Shown: positions 8,010-15,848 of the stretch, one piece after another
Numbering within the stretch: position 1 is the stretch's first letter
How the letters are laid out: each line of letters starts with the position of its first letter
Virus record (IMG/VR): IMGVR_UViG_3300030105_001581
Coordinates: 1 to 60,113 of that record
Strand: one strand, 5' to 3'
From: a virus
Taxonomy: Duplodnaviria > Caudoviricetes
DNA: 60,113 bases
Notes under the pieces: generated by a model
The model's input: only the letters and a program-made list of their open reading frames with translations
Told to the model about the DNA's origin: nothing
Databases searched by the model: none
Program-made: the position numbers and the translations under genes

Positions 8010-8459
8010 ATGAAATCAAAGAGAAAAAACGACTACATGAAGCACTGGAAGATAGTGCGTAATTTAGCTAAAGCAAGATACGGACTTACCGTTCCAGACT
8101 TAGACATGATGTTCTTCATGTACAGTGAAGAATATTTTACAAAAGAAAAATATCGTGAATTTGAAAAACTACTCCGATGGGAATCAATTCGTTTCAAAAG
8201 ACTACTGAGAGATGGTTGGATAGAAAACTATAAAACTAAAAAAAAGAGTGCACGATCTATATATGGCCTATCATTCAAAGGGCAAAGAGCAATAGGCTCT
8301 CTCTATTCACAATTAAACGGAGGTTTATTCCCAGAAGATATTAGGGTAAACCCACTTATAAAAACTAAAAACGTTCCCTACATATACTACCTAAACGCTA
8401 AGTTTATAAAAAGCATAAATAGCTTTATAAAACAACAACAACATCGTTCTCCTGAATGA
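8010..8459 (+). CDS. Putative winged-helix DNA-binding protein
   Basis: 149 aa, basic; LTVPDLDMMFFM...FKRLLRDGWI...IYGLSFKG resembles a MarR-like wHTH; only + strand gene in this block. Confidence 0.5.
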   Translation: MKSKRKNDYMKHWKIVRNLAKARYGLTVPDLDMMFFMYSEEYFTKEKYREFEKLLRWESIRFKRLLRDGWIENYKTKKKSARSIYGLSFKGQRAIGSLYSQLNGGLFPEDIRVNPLIKTKNVPYIYYLNAKFIKSINSFIKQQQHRSPE

Positions 8460-8682
8460 TGGTATAGGCTATATTATCAATAAGCATCGTATAACCCGCG
8501 CGTTTGTCGTAGTATATCTCGCTGTCTTTCTCAATTGCTATTACGTCAGTGCCTATCTCAACAATCCTGCCCTTCTTATAGCGAAGTTTATTGGCATCGT
8601 CAGAAGAAAGTAACAACCCAGAGGAGGTTTTAATCTCCTCCTCAATTGTTTTTATTACTATATTTTTTCCTATTGGCTTCAT
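8425..8682 (-). CDS. groES: Co-chaperonin GroES (Cpn10)
   Basis: MKPIGKNIVIK..EEEIKTSSGLLL mobile loop, KGRIVEIG, YTIIQENDVV. Confidence 0.85.
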   Translation of the reverse strand: MKPIGKNIVIKTIEEEIKTSSGLLLSSDDANKLRYKKGRIVEIGTDVIAIEKDSEIYYDKRAGYTMLIDNIAYTIIQENDVVVVL

Positions 8683-8915
8683 TCGTTGTTTGCGTCTACA
8701 CGTCCTTTTTTAAATCCTCGGTTATAACCATCTAGGTATTCATTCTTAAACATTTCAGACATAGGACACATAGGCACAATTGGACAGAACGAAAACTCAC
8801 CCTTTACGTCTTCCCATCCCTGGCAGTATCCTAGTTCCCAACCTTCGCAGTAGTCTTCTTGAAGAGTAGTAAAGGATAATGATATTAAGCTAAGTAGTAT
8901 AATTATTTTTTTCAT
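8679..8915 (-). CDS. Small secreted Cys-rich protein
   Basis: Signal peptide MKKIIILLSLISLSF; YCEGWELGYCQGW..CPIVPMCP..GYNRGFKKG. Confidence 0.65.
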   Translation of the reverse strand: MKKIIILLSLISLSFTTLQEDYCEGWELGYCQGWEDVKGEFSFCPIVPMCPMSEMFKNEYLDGYNRGFKKGRVDANNE

Positions 8916-9112
8916 TTGCTTCTTAATTCATATGTTCTCATCATAGCTTCATATACAATTTTTTTTACATCAAGATAAACACTGTTTGCTTGCATTACTC
9001 CAATGTAGTTTTCTTTAAATAATTTGTTTGAAAATTCTTCTGTCACCTTTGAGCTTTGTATGTAAGCTTCGGAATTGGCTCTTTGTTCTTCTATGTGATT
9101 TTCTAGTTCCAT
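8912..9112 (-). CDS. Hypothetical protein
   Basis: 66 aa ORF packed between groEL and the next gene (ATGA/stop overlap). Confidence 0.55.
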   Translation of the reverse strand: MELENHIEEQRANSEAYIQSSKVTEEFSNKLFKENYIGVMQANSVYLDVKKIVYEAMMRTYELRSK

Positions 9113-9116
9113 AATT

Positions 9117-10730
9117 TTAGTTTTTAGATTCGTATGAACGGGCCATAGTAACTATGGCGTTGGTTGATAATATAGTTACTGCCACTGAGACAGCATTTTG
9201 CAGGGCTACCTTTGTAACTTTTACAGGGTCTATGATTCCCATCTTAATCATATCTCCAGTCTTACCAGTCTTAACGTCAAGTCCGAAACCTTTTTTGTCA
9301 TCACTAGAAACTTTCGTGTACTCTATACCAGCGTTTTTTAATATTTGAAGTAAAGGAGCTTTAAGCGCCGAGCTTAAAATCGCGCCAGCGATCAATTTTG
9401 AAAATTTAGCTTTGAACTTTGACTTGCCCATCTCTAGGTTAGCATCTTGTAGTGCTACCCCTCCTCCTGGAAGTATCCCCTCTGAGAGTGCGGAGCGTAC
9501 TGCACACACCGCGTCATCAACACGGTCCATCAGCTCCTTCTGCTCTAGGTCTGTAGCACCCCCGACTTTTATAACACCTACCCCCCCAGTTAGTGAGGCG
9601 ATACGAGACGCTATAAATTCCTTATCAATTTTTTTAGTGGAGCCCTTGTGCGCATCCCACAACTCTTCAACCCTCTGATCGATCATCTGGTCATCGACAT
9701 GTGTGTCGTCTTTCATCACGATGGTCTGGTCAACGCCAACAATTATTTTCTTAGCCCTACCGAGGTCACTGAAACTTATGATCGACAGATCATCTCCCGT
9801 ACTCTGTGAAAAATAAGTAGCGCCAACTGAGAGAGCAATGTCGTTCATCAGCTCGTGTTGTTTGTAACCAAAGTTGGGAGGAACGATGGTACAAAGTTTC
9901 AAATTGTTCTTCATGACATTTGCTGCCAACGTATTTATTACGTTTTGAGAACAAGGCGCTACTATTAATAATTTTTTATTGTCTGCTATGATCGGTTTTA
10001 GCACGTTCTCAATTGAAAGTATGTTATTTATCTCAGCATCAGACACTAGCACATGCACATCCTCCAGGATACACTCGTCTTTTTTGTGGTTGTTCACGAA
10101 CAGGTGTGATGAATACCCGCGGTCTATCTTAATTCCATGGGTAGTCTCGAAGGTAGTGTCAGAGGTCTGGCTCTTTTCAACGGTCACGATGCCGTTCTTA
10201 CCCACTTTTTTATAAGTATCCGCTATAATAGCACCTATCTTAGGGTCATTGTTTGATGAGATGGTTGCCACGTCCAATAACTTCTGGTCAGTTACAGGCT
10301 CCGCCCATTCTTTTAAGCACCCTATCACATCCTCAGTGTGCGACACTAACTCTCGAAGTATCTCTGTCTTGTTATCCTTGGGGGTTATAAGTTTCATGCC
10401 CTCTTTTACTATGGCCTCTGTAAGTACAATAGCCGTGGTGGTCCCATCACCAGCCTCACTGGCTGTGCGGTCTGCCGCCTCTTTCATCATCTGAACTGCT
10501 AGGTTCTCTACAGGGTCTAGTAGTTGAATGCTCTTGGCTACTGTTACCCCATCCTTTGTCACGGTGATCCCATGAGTGTGATTAGGTGACTCTATAAGCA
10601 CCGTATTACCCATTGGTCCCAATGTGCTCTTCACTGCGTTTGACAGTTTCGTTATTCCCGATATAAGTTTTGATTGTGCGTCTGCACCAAAGTGCAAATC
10701 TTTTGGTGAATACCCTCCCGATTCATTCAT
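9117..10730 (-). CDS. groEL: Chaperonin GroEL (Cpn60)
   Basis: 537 aa; AVKSTLGPMG, VTKDGVTVAKSI, AGDGTTTA, GILPGGG, GIIDPVKV; no GGM tail. Confidence 0.97.
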   Translation of the reverse strand: MNESGGYSPKDLHFGADAQSKLISGITKLSNAVKSTLGPMGNTVLIESPNHTHGITVTKDGVTVAKSIQLLDPVENLAVQMMKEAADRTASEAGDGTTTAIVLTEAIVKEGMKLITPKDNKTEILRELVSHTEDVIGCLKEWAEPVTDQKLLDVATISSNNDPKIGAIIADTYKKVGKNGIVTVEKSQTSDTTFETTHGIKIDRGYSSHLFVNNHKKDECILEDVHVLVSDAEINNILSIENVLKPIIADNKKLLIVAPCSQNVINTLAANVMKNNLKLCTIVPPNFGYKQHELMNDIALSVGATYFSQSTGDDLSIISFSDLGRAKKIIVGVDQTIVMKDDTHVDDQMIDQRVEELWDAHKGSTKKIDKEFIASRIASLTGGVGVIKVGGATDLEQKELMDRVDDAVCAVRSALSEGILPGGGVALQDANLEMGKSKFKAKFSKLIAGAILSSALKAPLLQILKNAGIEYTKVSSDDKKGFGLDVKTGKTGDMIKMGIIDPVKVTKVALQNAVSVAVTILSTNAIVTMARSYESKN

Positions 10731-10761
10731 GTAATTTGATTAGATTAAATTTGATTTATAC

Positions 10762-10769
10762 CAAAGATA
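10762..10769 (-). promoter_or_regulatory. Bacteroidota-type -7 promoter element TATCTTTG for groEL operon
   Basis: Consensus TAnnTTTG 31 nt before groEL ATG. Confidence 0.7.
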
Positions 10770-10797
10770 AAAACTTAACCTTAATTACCTAATGTCG

Positions 10798-11112
10798 TAA
10801 ATGTTATTTTTTTTTCCATACTTACCCTTTTATTATATTTATTATTACTTTACTTTCTATAAATTTTTCAGTTTAAAATCAACATTATTAACACTAGTCT
10901 TGATAGTCAGATAGTTAGCTCAAATAATTAACATTAAAATCAACATTATTTGTGTTGATTATTGAGTTTAATGCTCATTTTATGATTGCTCATACGAAAT
11001 ATAGAGGATTAGAAAAAAGGCGATAAAGAAAAATTCGAAGTTCATGGTTGAAAATCAACATAAAATGTTGAAAATGTTGATATTGGTTTTGACTAAATTT
11101 TAAAATCAACAT
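10798..11112. repeat. AT-rich iteron-like region, candidate replication origin
   Basis: AAAATCAACAT core at 10875, 10936, 11051, 11102 plus inverted TGTTGA copies near 10953 and 11066-11080; non-coding. Confidence 0.55.
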
Positions 11113-11114
11113 AC

Positions 11115-11142
11115 AAAAAAAGCTACCCGAAAGTAGCCTTTT
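11115..11142 (-). terminator. Rho-independent terminator
   Basis: GCTAC-TTTCGG-GTAGC followed by T7 on - strand, downstream of 11165..11359. Confidence 0.65.
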
Positions 11143-11164
11143 ATAGTTAGATGAAAACCAACAA

Positions 11165-11359
11165 TCATCCAAAAAAATCGTTCATCATTTTGTTACTCTC
11201 AGCTCGCTCAATTCCATCAGCAATCATCTTGATCTTGCGATCCTCATCTATGATCCTTTTCATATTAGCTGCCTTCTGTATTCCAGTCATTGAATTAGGT
11301 CTGTCGTTAATTAACCTACCGTCCTTTACATACAATCCTTTATTATCCATTCGTCTCAT
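11165..11359 (-). CDS. Hypothetical protein (start moved to ATG 11359)
   Basis: MRRMDNKGLYVKDGRLINDRP...; TATATTTG element at 11375-11382 overlaps the longer TTG start. Confidence 0.65.
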   Translation of the reverse strand: MRRMDNKGLYVKDGRLINDRPNSMTGIQKAANMKRIIDEDRKIKMIADGIERAESNKMMNDFFG

Positions 11360-11762
11360 AATACTTCGTTTGCTCAAATATACAAAATTATTAGATACAC
11401 CGGGGTGTTGGGTAATATACGCATACAGGAGCGATGGCCCTAAAATAAAAAGTCAAATTCTGAGTTCAAAACTTTTTTTAAAACTTGTTACTTTCCAGAT
11501 ATTTTAGGCTTTTACTTTTAGATGGGGGTAACCCTGGTCACCTCGTCCTCTTGCGCTCGCCTTGTTCCCTCTTATCCCTTCAACCCCTGGACACGTTAAC
11601 GCGTGAACTGCTCCGCGGTTATCTCTGCCCCTCCTGGAACAAAGATAGACCAAAGACAAACCTTTTTTTATTCTGTTGCTCTTTTGTTCTAGCCCTGGGG
11701 ACGTTGTTGAACTATGCGCGCGAACAATAGCAAAAAAATATAAAACTTTAACATTCTTATAC

Positions 11763-11794
11763 TTGTTTTTTGTTTCATTTATGGTTATATTGTG
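11763..11794 (+). promoter_or_regulatory. Candidate early promoter
   Basis: TTGTTT-17 nt-TATATT(GTG) just before the first + strand gene. Confidence 0.45.
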
Positions 11795-11816
11795 TAATAA
11801 TTAAAACCCTAATACC

Positions 11817-12002
11817 ATGAAAGCATTAAAAAAAGTTTACCCGATTGAATTTAAAACCTCTTATTTTAAACAGTACGAGAATCAAGAAAAATCCAATCTT
11901 ATGTATGTAATTTATACAACTGTTAATAATGACAAAGAGGAAAATACTTTTTACGAGGACATTTCTCACGAGTGTAATCTTAAAATTGAATCAAATTTAT
12001 AA
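11817..12002 (+). CDS. Early hypothetical protein
   Basis: 61 aa, A-rich leader, first gene of + strand block. Confidence 0.6.
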   Translation: MKALKKVYPIEFKTSYFKQYENQEKSNLMYVIYTTVNNDKEENTFYEDISHECNLKIESNL

Positions 12003-12030
12003 CACCAATTTAAACCTTAAATAAACCAAC

Positions 12031-12276
12031 ATGAAAACAATTTCAATTACTTCACCCCAGGAGCAAGTACTTTGCAAAATAGCGGAAGAGATGAATATAA
12101 GAGATCCGAGAGAATTTAAATTTGCTTTCTCTATAGTTTGTAAAGTAATGGCAATCTATGAAGCTGACAACTCCGACGAACTCCTGGAAGAAATCCAAGA
12201 TATAACAGAAACCGCTGCCGGGGACTTTAGATGCTCAACATGTGACCAGGTAAACAGTATTGCAAAGCAAAGATAA
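12031..12276 (+). CDS. Early hypothetical protein
   Basis: 81 aa acidic with C-terminal CxxC; AAACCAAC leader. Confidence 0.65.
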   Translation: MKTISITSPQEQVLCKIAEEMNIRDPREFKFAFSIVCKVMAIYEADNSDELLEEIQDITETAAGDFRCSTCDQVNSIAKQR

Positions 12277-12282
12277 AACGCT

Positions 12283-12323
12283 CCACCAGGTAAACACCTC
12301 GCCCATTGGCGGGGTTTTGGTGG
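12283..12323 (+). repeat. Early intergenic two-tier hairpin, copy 1
   Basis: CCACCA-GGTAAAC-ACCTCGCC-CATT-GGCGGGGT-TT-TGGTGG. Confidence 0.75.
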
Positions 12324-12356
12324 TAAACAAACACAATTAATTTAAATCAAACCAAC

Positions 12357-12596
12357 ATGGAAAAGTTACAAGTTTTTTTTACTTCAAAAATTGACAAAGG
12401 AAATTTAGCACTAAGCGTTTTTAGTGATCAAATTCTTATTGCTGAGGGACATTTAAACATTTGCACGAATTGGGCGCATGTAAACATCTTAAAAGGGTCT
12501 TTACAAGCTTTCGAAGATATGGAGCACGAAATCGAAAAAGCCATCGAAGATCGGCGAATAATAGATAATAGAATTGAATTAGCATTTAATGACTAA
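12357..12596 (+). CDS. Early hypothetical protein
   Basis: 79 aa; AAACCAAC leader. Confidence 0.65.
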   Translation: MEKLQVFFTSKIDKGNLALSVFSDQILIAEGHLNICTNWAHVNILKGSLQAFEDMEHEIEKAIEDRRIIDNRIELAFND

Positions 12597-12604
12597 CACC
12601 TAAC

Positions 12605-12643
12605 CCACCAATTAAACCGCTGCCTTAGGGCGGCTTTTGGTGG
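12605..12643 (+). repeat. Early intergenic two-tier hairpin, copy 2
   Basis: CCACCA-ATTAAACC-GCTGCC-TTAG-GGCGGC-TTT-TGGTGG. Confidence 0.75.
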
Positions 12644-12670
12644 TATAAATTAACACTTAAATAAATAAAC

Positions 12671-12934
12671 ATGACAACACAAGAAAGAAAAGTATTTAAC
12701 AAATTAAAAAAAATTGGCATCGCAGTACGCGAACCGATGGAGTGGGACAACAACGGGCATTACGGGGTCTTTTGGATTGACTGCGAACAAGCCGGCGAAA
12801 ACGACAAAACTTTTTTACACGCTGATTACTATGGTAAGTTTTGGGGAAGTGACATATTAAACGAAACATTAGATGAAGCTGGATTGTATTTTGAATGGGT
12901 GAACGCTGCATATGCTTCGTGTAGATTGGGGTAA
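12671..12934 (+). CDS. Early hypothetical protein
   Basis: 87 aa; ADYY...ILNETLDEAGLYFEWVNAA. Confidence 0.7.
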   Translation: MTTQERKVFNKLKKIGIAVREPMEWDNNGHYGVFWIDCEQAGENDKTFLHADYYGKFWGSDILNETLDEAGLYFEWVNAAYASCRLG

Positions 12935-12972
12935 TAAACCCGCTCCACCAAAACAAACACTAATTAAATATT

Positions 12973-13194
12973 ATGATCATGACACAAAAAGAATTTAACA
13001 ATTATTTTAAAATGGAGGTTTTGCCATTAATCGCAAAACAATATGAAACAGACGGAATACCCGACAGACCAGCAAGAAGAGGAGAATATAATAATACCCT
13101 GGACTACTTCCATAGGGGAAACCAAATAACCGACAACCAGGCGAACACCTGGAGCATTTCGGACAGCTTAGAAACTACAAAATACTGGCTATAA
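12973..13194 (+). CDS. Early hypothetical protein
   Basis: 73 aa; DRPARRGEYNNTLD...ITDNQANTW. Confidence 0.7.
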   Translation: MIMTQKEFNNYFKMEVLPLIAKQYETDGIPDRPARRGEYNNTLDYFHRGNQITDNQANTWSISDSLETTKYWL

Positions 13195-13201
13195 GCCACC
13201 A

Positions 13202-13243
13202 ACCACAGACAAACAGTCCATCAGTTGATGGGCTTTTTGTGGT
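13202..13243 (+). repeat. Early intergenic two-tier hairpin, copy 3
   Basis: ACCACA-GACAAAC-AGTCCATC-AGTT-GATGGGCT-TTT-TGTGGT; compensatory change in outer stem. Confidence 0.75.
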
Positions 13244-13264
13244 ATAAACCAACAACAAATAGCA

Positions 13265-13996
13265 ATGGAAACAAAATATAAAATACCTAAAAACCTTTTA
13301 AGTAAAGGAAATACAAACGCTAAAACTTCAAAGAATAGTTTAAAAACGTTTATACTTTACTTAGCCCCCCATAAACAAAATGCAAAAAATGTAAACATTT
13401 GCCCAATGGCTTCAAAAGGCTGTATTTCCGCGTGTCTTTATACCGCTGGACGGGGTAAGTTCTCAAACGTTCAAAATGCACGAATAAACAAAACAGATTT
13501 TTATATCTATGATAAAGAAATGTTTGTTTTAAAATTAGCTAGCGAAATAATAAAAGAAACCAACAAAGCTAAAAAGAATAAGGAAAAAATAGCATTCCGT
13601 TTGAATGGAACGAGTGATATTGATTTCATTTACTTATTACAAAAATACGCTCAATTAAACATTGAGGATTTAAAAGAGAATGCCGTTTTTTATGATTACA
13701 CAAAAATATTAGGCAAAATAAGAAAGTACAAAGATCATTCAAATTATCATTTAACTTTTTCCAGGGCGGAAGACAATAATTCTATTGCGGAAGCTGCTTT
13801 GAATGATGGTGCAAACGTTGCGATCGTTTTTCGTGATAATTTACCCAGGTTTTGGAGAGGATATAAAGTTATTGACGGGGACACCTCAGATATTTTAATG
13901 ATCTATAATAGGAATGTTGTACTAGGATTAAAAGCGAAAGGCGATGCAAAAAAGGATAAAAGCGGATTTGTAGTTGATGCAGTAAACCCAATTTAA
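13265..13996 (+). CDS. Gp88-family protein (radical-SAM-like Cys motif)
   Basis: CPMASKGCISACLYTAGRG, RLNGTSDI, FYDYTK, YHLTFS, VIDGD..D, GLKAKG..KKDKSGFV. Confidence 0.75.
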   Translation: METKYKIPKNLLSKGNTNAKTSKNSLKTFILYLAPHKQNAKNVNICPMASKGCISACLYTAGRGKFSNVQNARINKTDFYIYDKEMFVLKLASEIIKETNKAKKNKEKIAFRLNGTSDIDFIYLLQKYAQLNIEDLKENAVFYDYTKILGKIRKYKDHSNYHLTFSRAEDNNSIAEAALNDGANVAIVFRDNLPRFWRGYKVIDGDTSDILMIYNRNVVLGLKAKGDAKKDKSGFVVDAVNPI

Positions 13997-14001
13997 ACAC
14001 T

Positions 14002-14214
14002 ATGACACTATTTGAAGATATAGAGACGTACACAGAAAATAAGCCGACAAAGAAAGAAATAAAAAACTATTTGATAAACAAATATTTTGGCGGATCCTTC
14101 ATGTCAGACAAAGCAAAAGATATTGACTTTGAACTTGAAGAGGGTTTTGAATTTGGATATAAAACTTTTTTCGGAGGAAATAAAAAAGGAATAACTATAA
14201 TTAAAAAACGATGA
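14002..14214 (+). CDS. Early hypothetical protein
   Basis: 70 aa ORF in contiguous operon. Confidence 0.6.
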   Translation: MTLFEDIETYTENKPTKKEIKNYLINKYFGGSFMSDKAKDIDFELEEGFEFGYKTFFGGNKKGITIIKKR

Positions 14215-14354
14215 ACGAAATCAAAAAGATTTCCCAGGCTTTAAAAAAGCAAAAAGAAAGAACTGCGACTATCCAGGACATTAATTTTTTAATACTTAAA
14301 GAGAGCCAATATGGGACATTGGACACGCGAAGAATTAATCAACTAATAAAATAA
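14211..14354 (+). CDS. Early microprotein, 47 aa
   Basis: MNEIKKISQALKKQKERTATIQDINFLILKESQYGTLDTRRINQLIK; ATGA overlap, fills gap exactly. Confidence 0.55.
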   Translation: MNEIKKISQALKKQKERTATIQDINFLILKESQYGTLDTRRINQLIK

Positions 14355-14355
14355 T

Positions 14356-14622
14356 ATGCTACATTCAAAATTTAGTACCTCAATTAATATTGAGGATCAG
14401 TCAATAACAATTTTTATTGAACACCTGGTAAACGATGAAAAAAACTTTTTTAATCCAACTTTTTATTTTGACGAAAAAAACAAATTAAAAATTTTGGGTC
14501 ACGGAAGAAAGGAGACTTTTAAATACTTAGCCAGGCACATAAAGACCACAATTAACAATTTGACGCAGTACCTGGAAGATCAGTACCTTCATGAAAGATC
14601 GTACAAGGAATTACCTTTTTAA
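14356..14622 (+). CDS. Early hypothetical protein
   Basis: 88 aa ending ELPF. Confidence 0.6.
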   Translation: MLHSKFSTSINIEDQSITIFIEHLVNDEKNFFNPTFYFDEKNKLKILGHGRKETFKYLARHIKTTINNLTQYLEDQYLHERSYKELPF

Positions 14623-14639
14623 CTTAAAACCAACAAACA

Positions 14640-15191
14640 ATGAGAATAATAGAAATTAAGGCATATCAATTCAAGGAATTAGATGAGCAAACAAAAGAAA
14701 AAGTAATTCAAGATAATTATTATATATCAGTACTTGATGATTGGTATGATTTTACTAAGCAAGATTTGAAAGAAGTAGGTATTGAATTAGAAAGTTTTGA
14801 TATTGATAGAGGAAATTACTGTAATATTCAAATTGACTATGTGTTTAATACTTGTGAGAAAATTATCGAATCTCATGGAGAAAATTCTGAAACGTATAAA
14901 ATTGCTGAAAGATTTATTAAAAAATATAATTCTATTCAAGAGGAAATTGATTCTCTGAATGATTATGATACTGATGATAGCGATGAGGAATATCAAGATA
15001 AACTAATGCAATGCGATGAAGATTTGGATGATTTAGATGAGGAATATATAAAGGAATTCTCTCAAGAAGCCTTATCAATGTTAAAACAAGAATACGAACA
15101 CATGACTAGTGAGGAATATATCATTGATATGTTTGAGGCTAATGAATATGAATTTACTGCTGAAGGTAAAATAATTAAAAACCAACAATAA
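14640..15191 (+). CDS. Highly acidic early protein (possible DNA mimic/anti-defence)
   Basis: 183 aa, D/E-rich; YQFKELDEQTKEKVI...EYEHMTSEEYIIDMFEANEYEFTAEG. Confidence 0.6.
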   Translation: MRIIEIKAYQFKELDEQTKEKVIQDNYYISVLDDWYDFTKQDLKEVGIELESFDIDRGNYCNIQIDYVFNTCEKIIESHGENSETYKIAERFIKKYNSIQEEIDSLNDYDTDDSDEEYQDKLMQCDEDLDDLDEEYIKEFSQEALSMLKQEYEHMTSEEYIIDMFEANEYEFTAEGKIIKNQQ

Positions 15192-15192
15192 A

Positions 15193-15525
15193 ATGAAAGA
15201 CAATAAACTAATAGCAGAATTTATGAGATTTCCCCAACAATCTGATATAGTAGATGACAGAACAACCGCATACTATATTGGAGATGTAATAAAAGCAAAT
15301 AATGTAAATAATAAAAACGAAGACAATGTGTTTCATCCAGAGGATATGATGTTTCATTCCTCATGGGATTGGCTGATGCCAGTAGTGAATAAATGTTTTG
15401 ATACACATTTTGAGCATAGTGATGATGTAACTTTTGCATTAAATGATGCATTAGTTACGACCAACATTCATGCATTATATGAAGCAGTACTAGAATTTAT
15501 AAAACGTACTAAAAAAAGTACATAA
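15193..15525 (+). CDS. Hypothetical phage protein
   Basis: NKLIAEFM...FHSSWDWLMPVVNKC...YEAVLEFIK. Confidence 0.7.
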   Translation: MKDNKLIAEFMRFPQQSDIVDDRTTAYYIGDVIKANNVNNKNEDNVFHPEDMMFHSSWDWLMPVVNKCFDTHFEHSDDVTFALNDALVTTNIHALYEAVLEFIKRTKKST

Positions 15526-15543
15526 CGTACCAAAAAAAGTACA
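15503..15543 (+). repeat. Tandem repeat with 21-bp period
   Basis: AACGTACTAAAAAAAGTACA (15503-15522) and AACGTACCAAAAAAAGTACA (15524-15543). Confidence 0.8.
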
Positions 15544-15588
15544 GAGCAACATGGTGGATTGTTTAGGTTCGATTCCTAATTGCTCACA
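15544..15588 (+). ncRNA. tRNA-like mini-element, copy 1 (acceptor-like stem + T-arm, no anticodon arm)
   Basis: GAGCAA/TTGCTC stem; TTAGG-TTCGATT-CCTAA T-arm; 3' ACA. Confidence 0.55.
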
Positions 15589-15589
15589 A

Positions 15590-15603
15590 TGAGAATATTC
15601 TCA
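15590..15603. promoter_or_regulatory. Perfect palindrome TGAGAATATTCTCA, copy 1
   Basis: 14-bp inverted repeat; same sequence at 16334-16347 and 47640-47653. Confidence 0.65.
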
Positions 15604-15626
15604 GAGATTAAATAAACCAACAAACA

Positions 15627-15833
15627 ATGACAATTATATTTACAATACAAGATATCCTAGATATATCACAAAATCAAATAGATGGCAACTCAGACCTTTT
15701 CACTAAGGGACTGAGTGAAGAGGATGCAAAACAACTTTTGCAGAGCATAGAATCGACCATTAAACAAGAAGCATCAGATATGATTCACGAATTAGTGTAC
15801 GATGATTTAATGGTTATCAATGATCACAATTAA
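15627..15833 (+). CDS. Acidic hypothetical protein
   Basis: 68 aa; AAACCAACAAACA leader. Confidence 0.6.
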   Translation: MTIIFTIQDILDISQNQIDGNSDLFTKGLSEEDAKQLLQSIESTIKQEASDMIHELVYDDLMVINDHN

Positions 15834-15848
15834 TTAATTTAAACCAAC

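Noticed and set aside
10990-11730. ORFs 10990..11172, 11151..11507 and 11485..11730
   Set aside because: Cross iterons, a terminator or an opposite-strand gene; implausible composition and no leader motif
12283-13249. CRISPR-like array of repeats
   Set aside because: Repeats are degenerate and separated by whole genes, not by constant-length spacers; no cas genes
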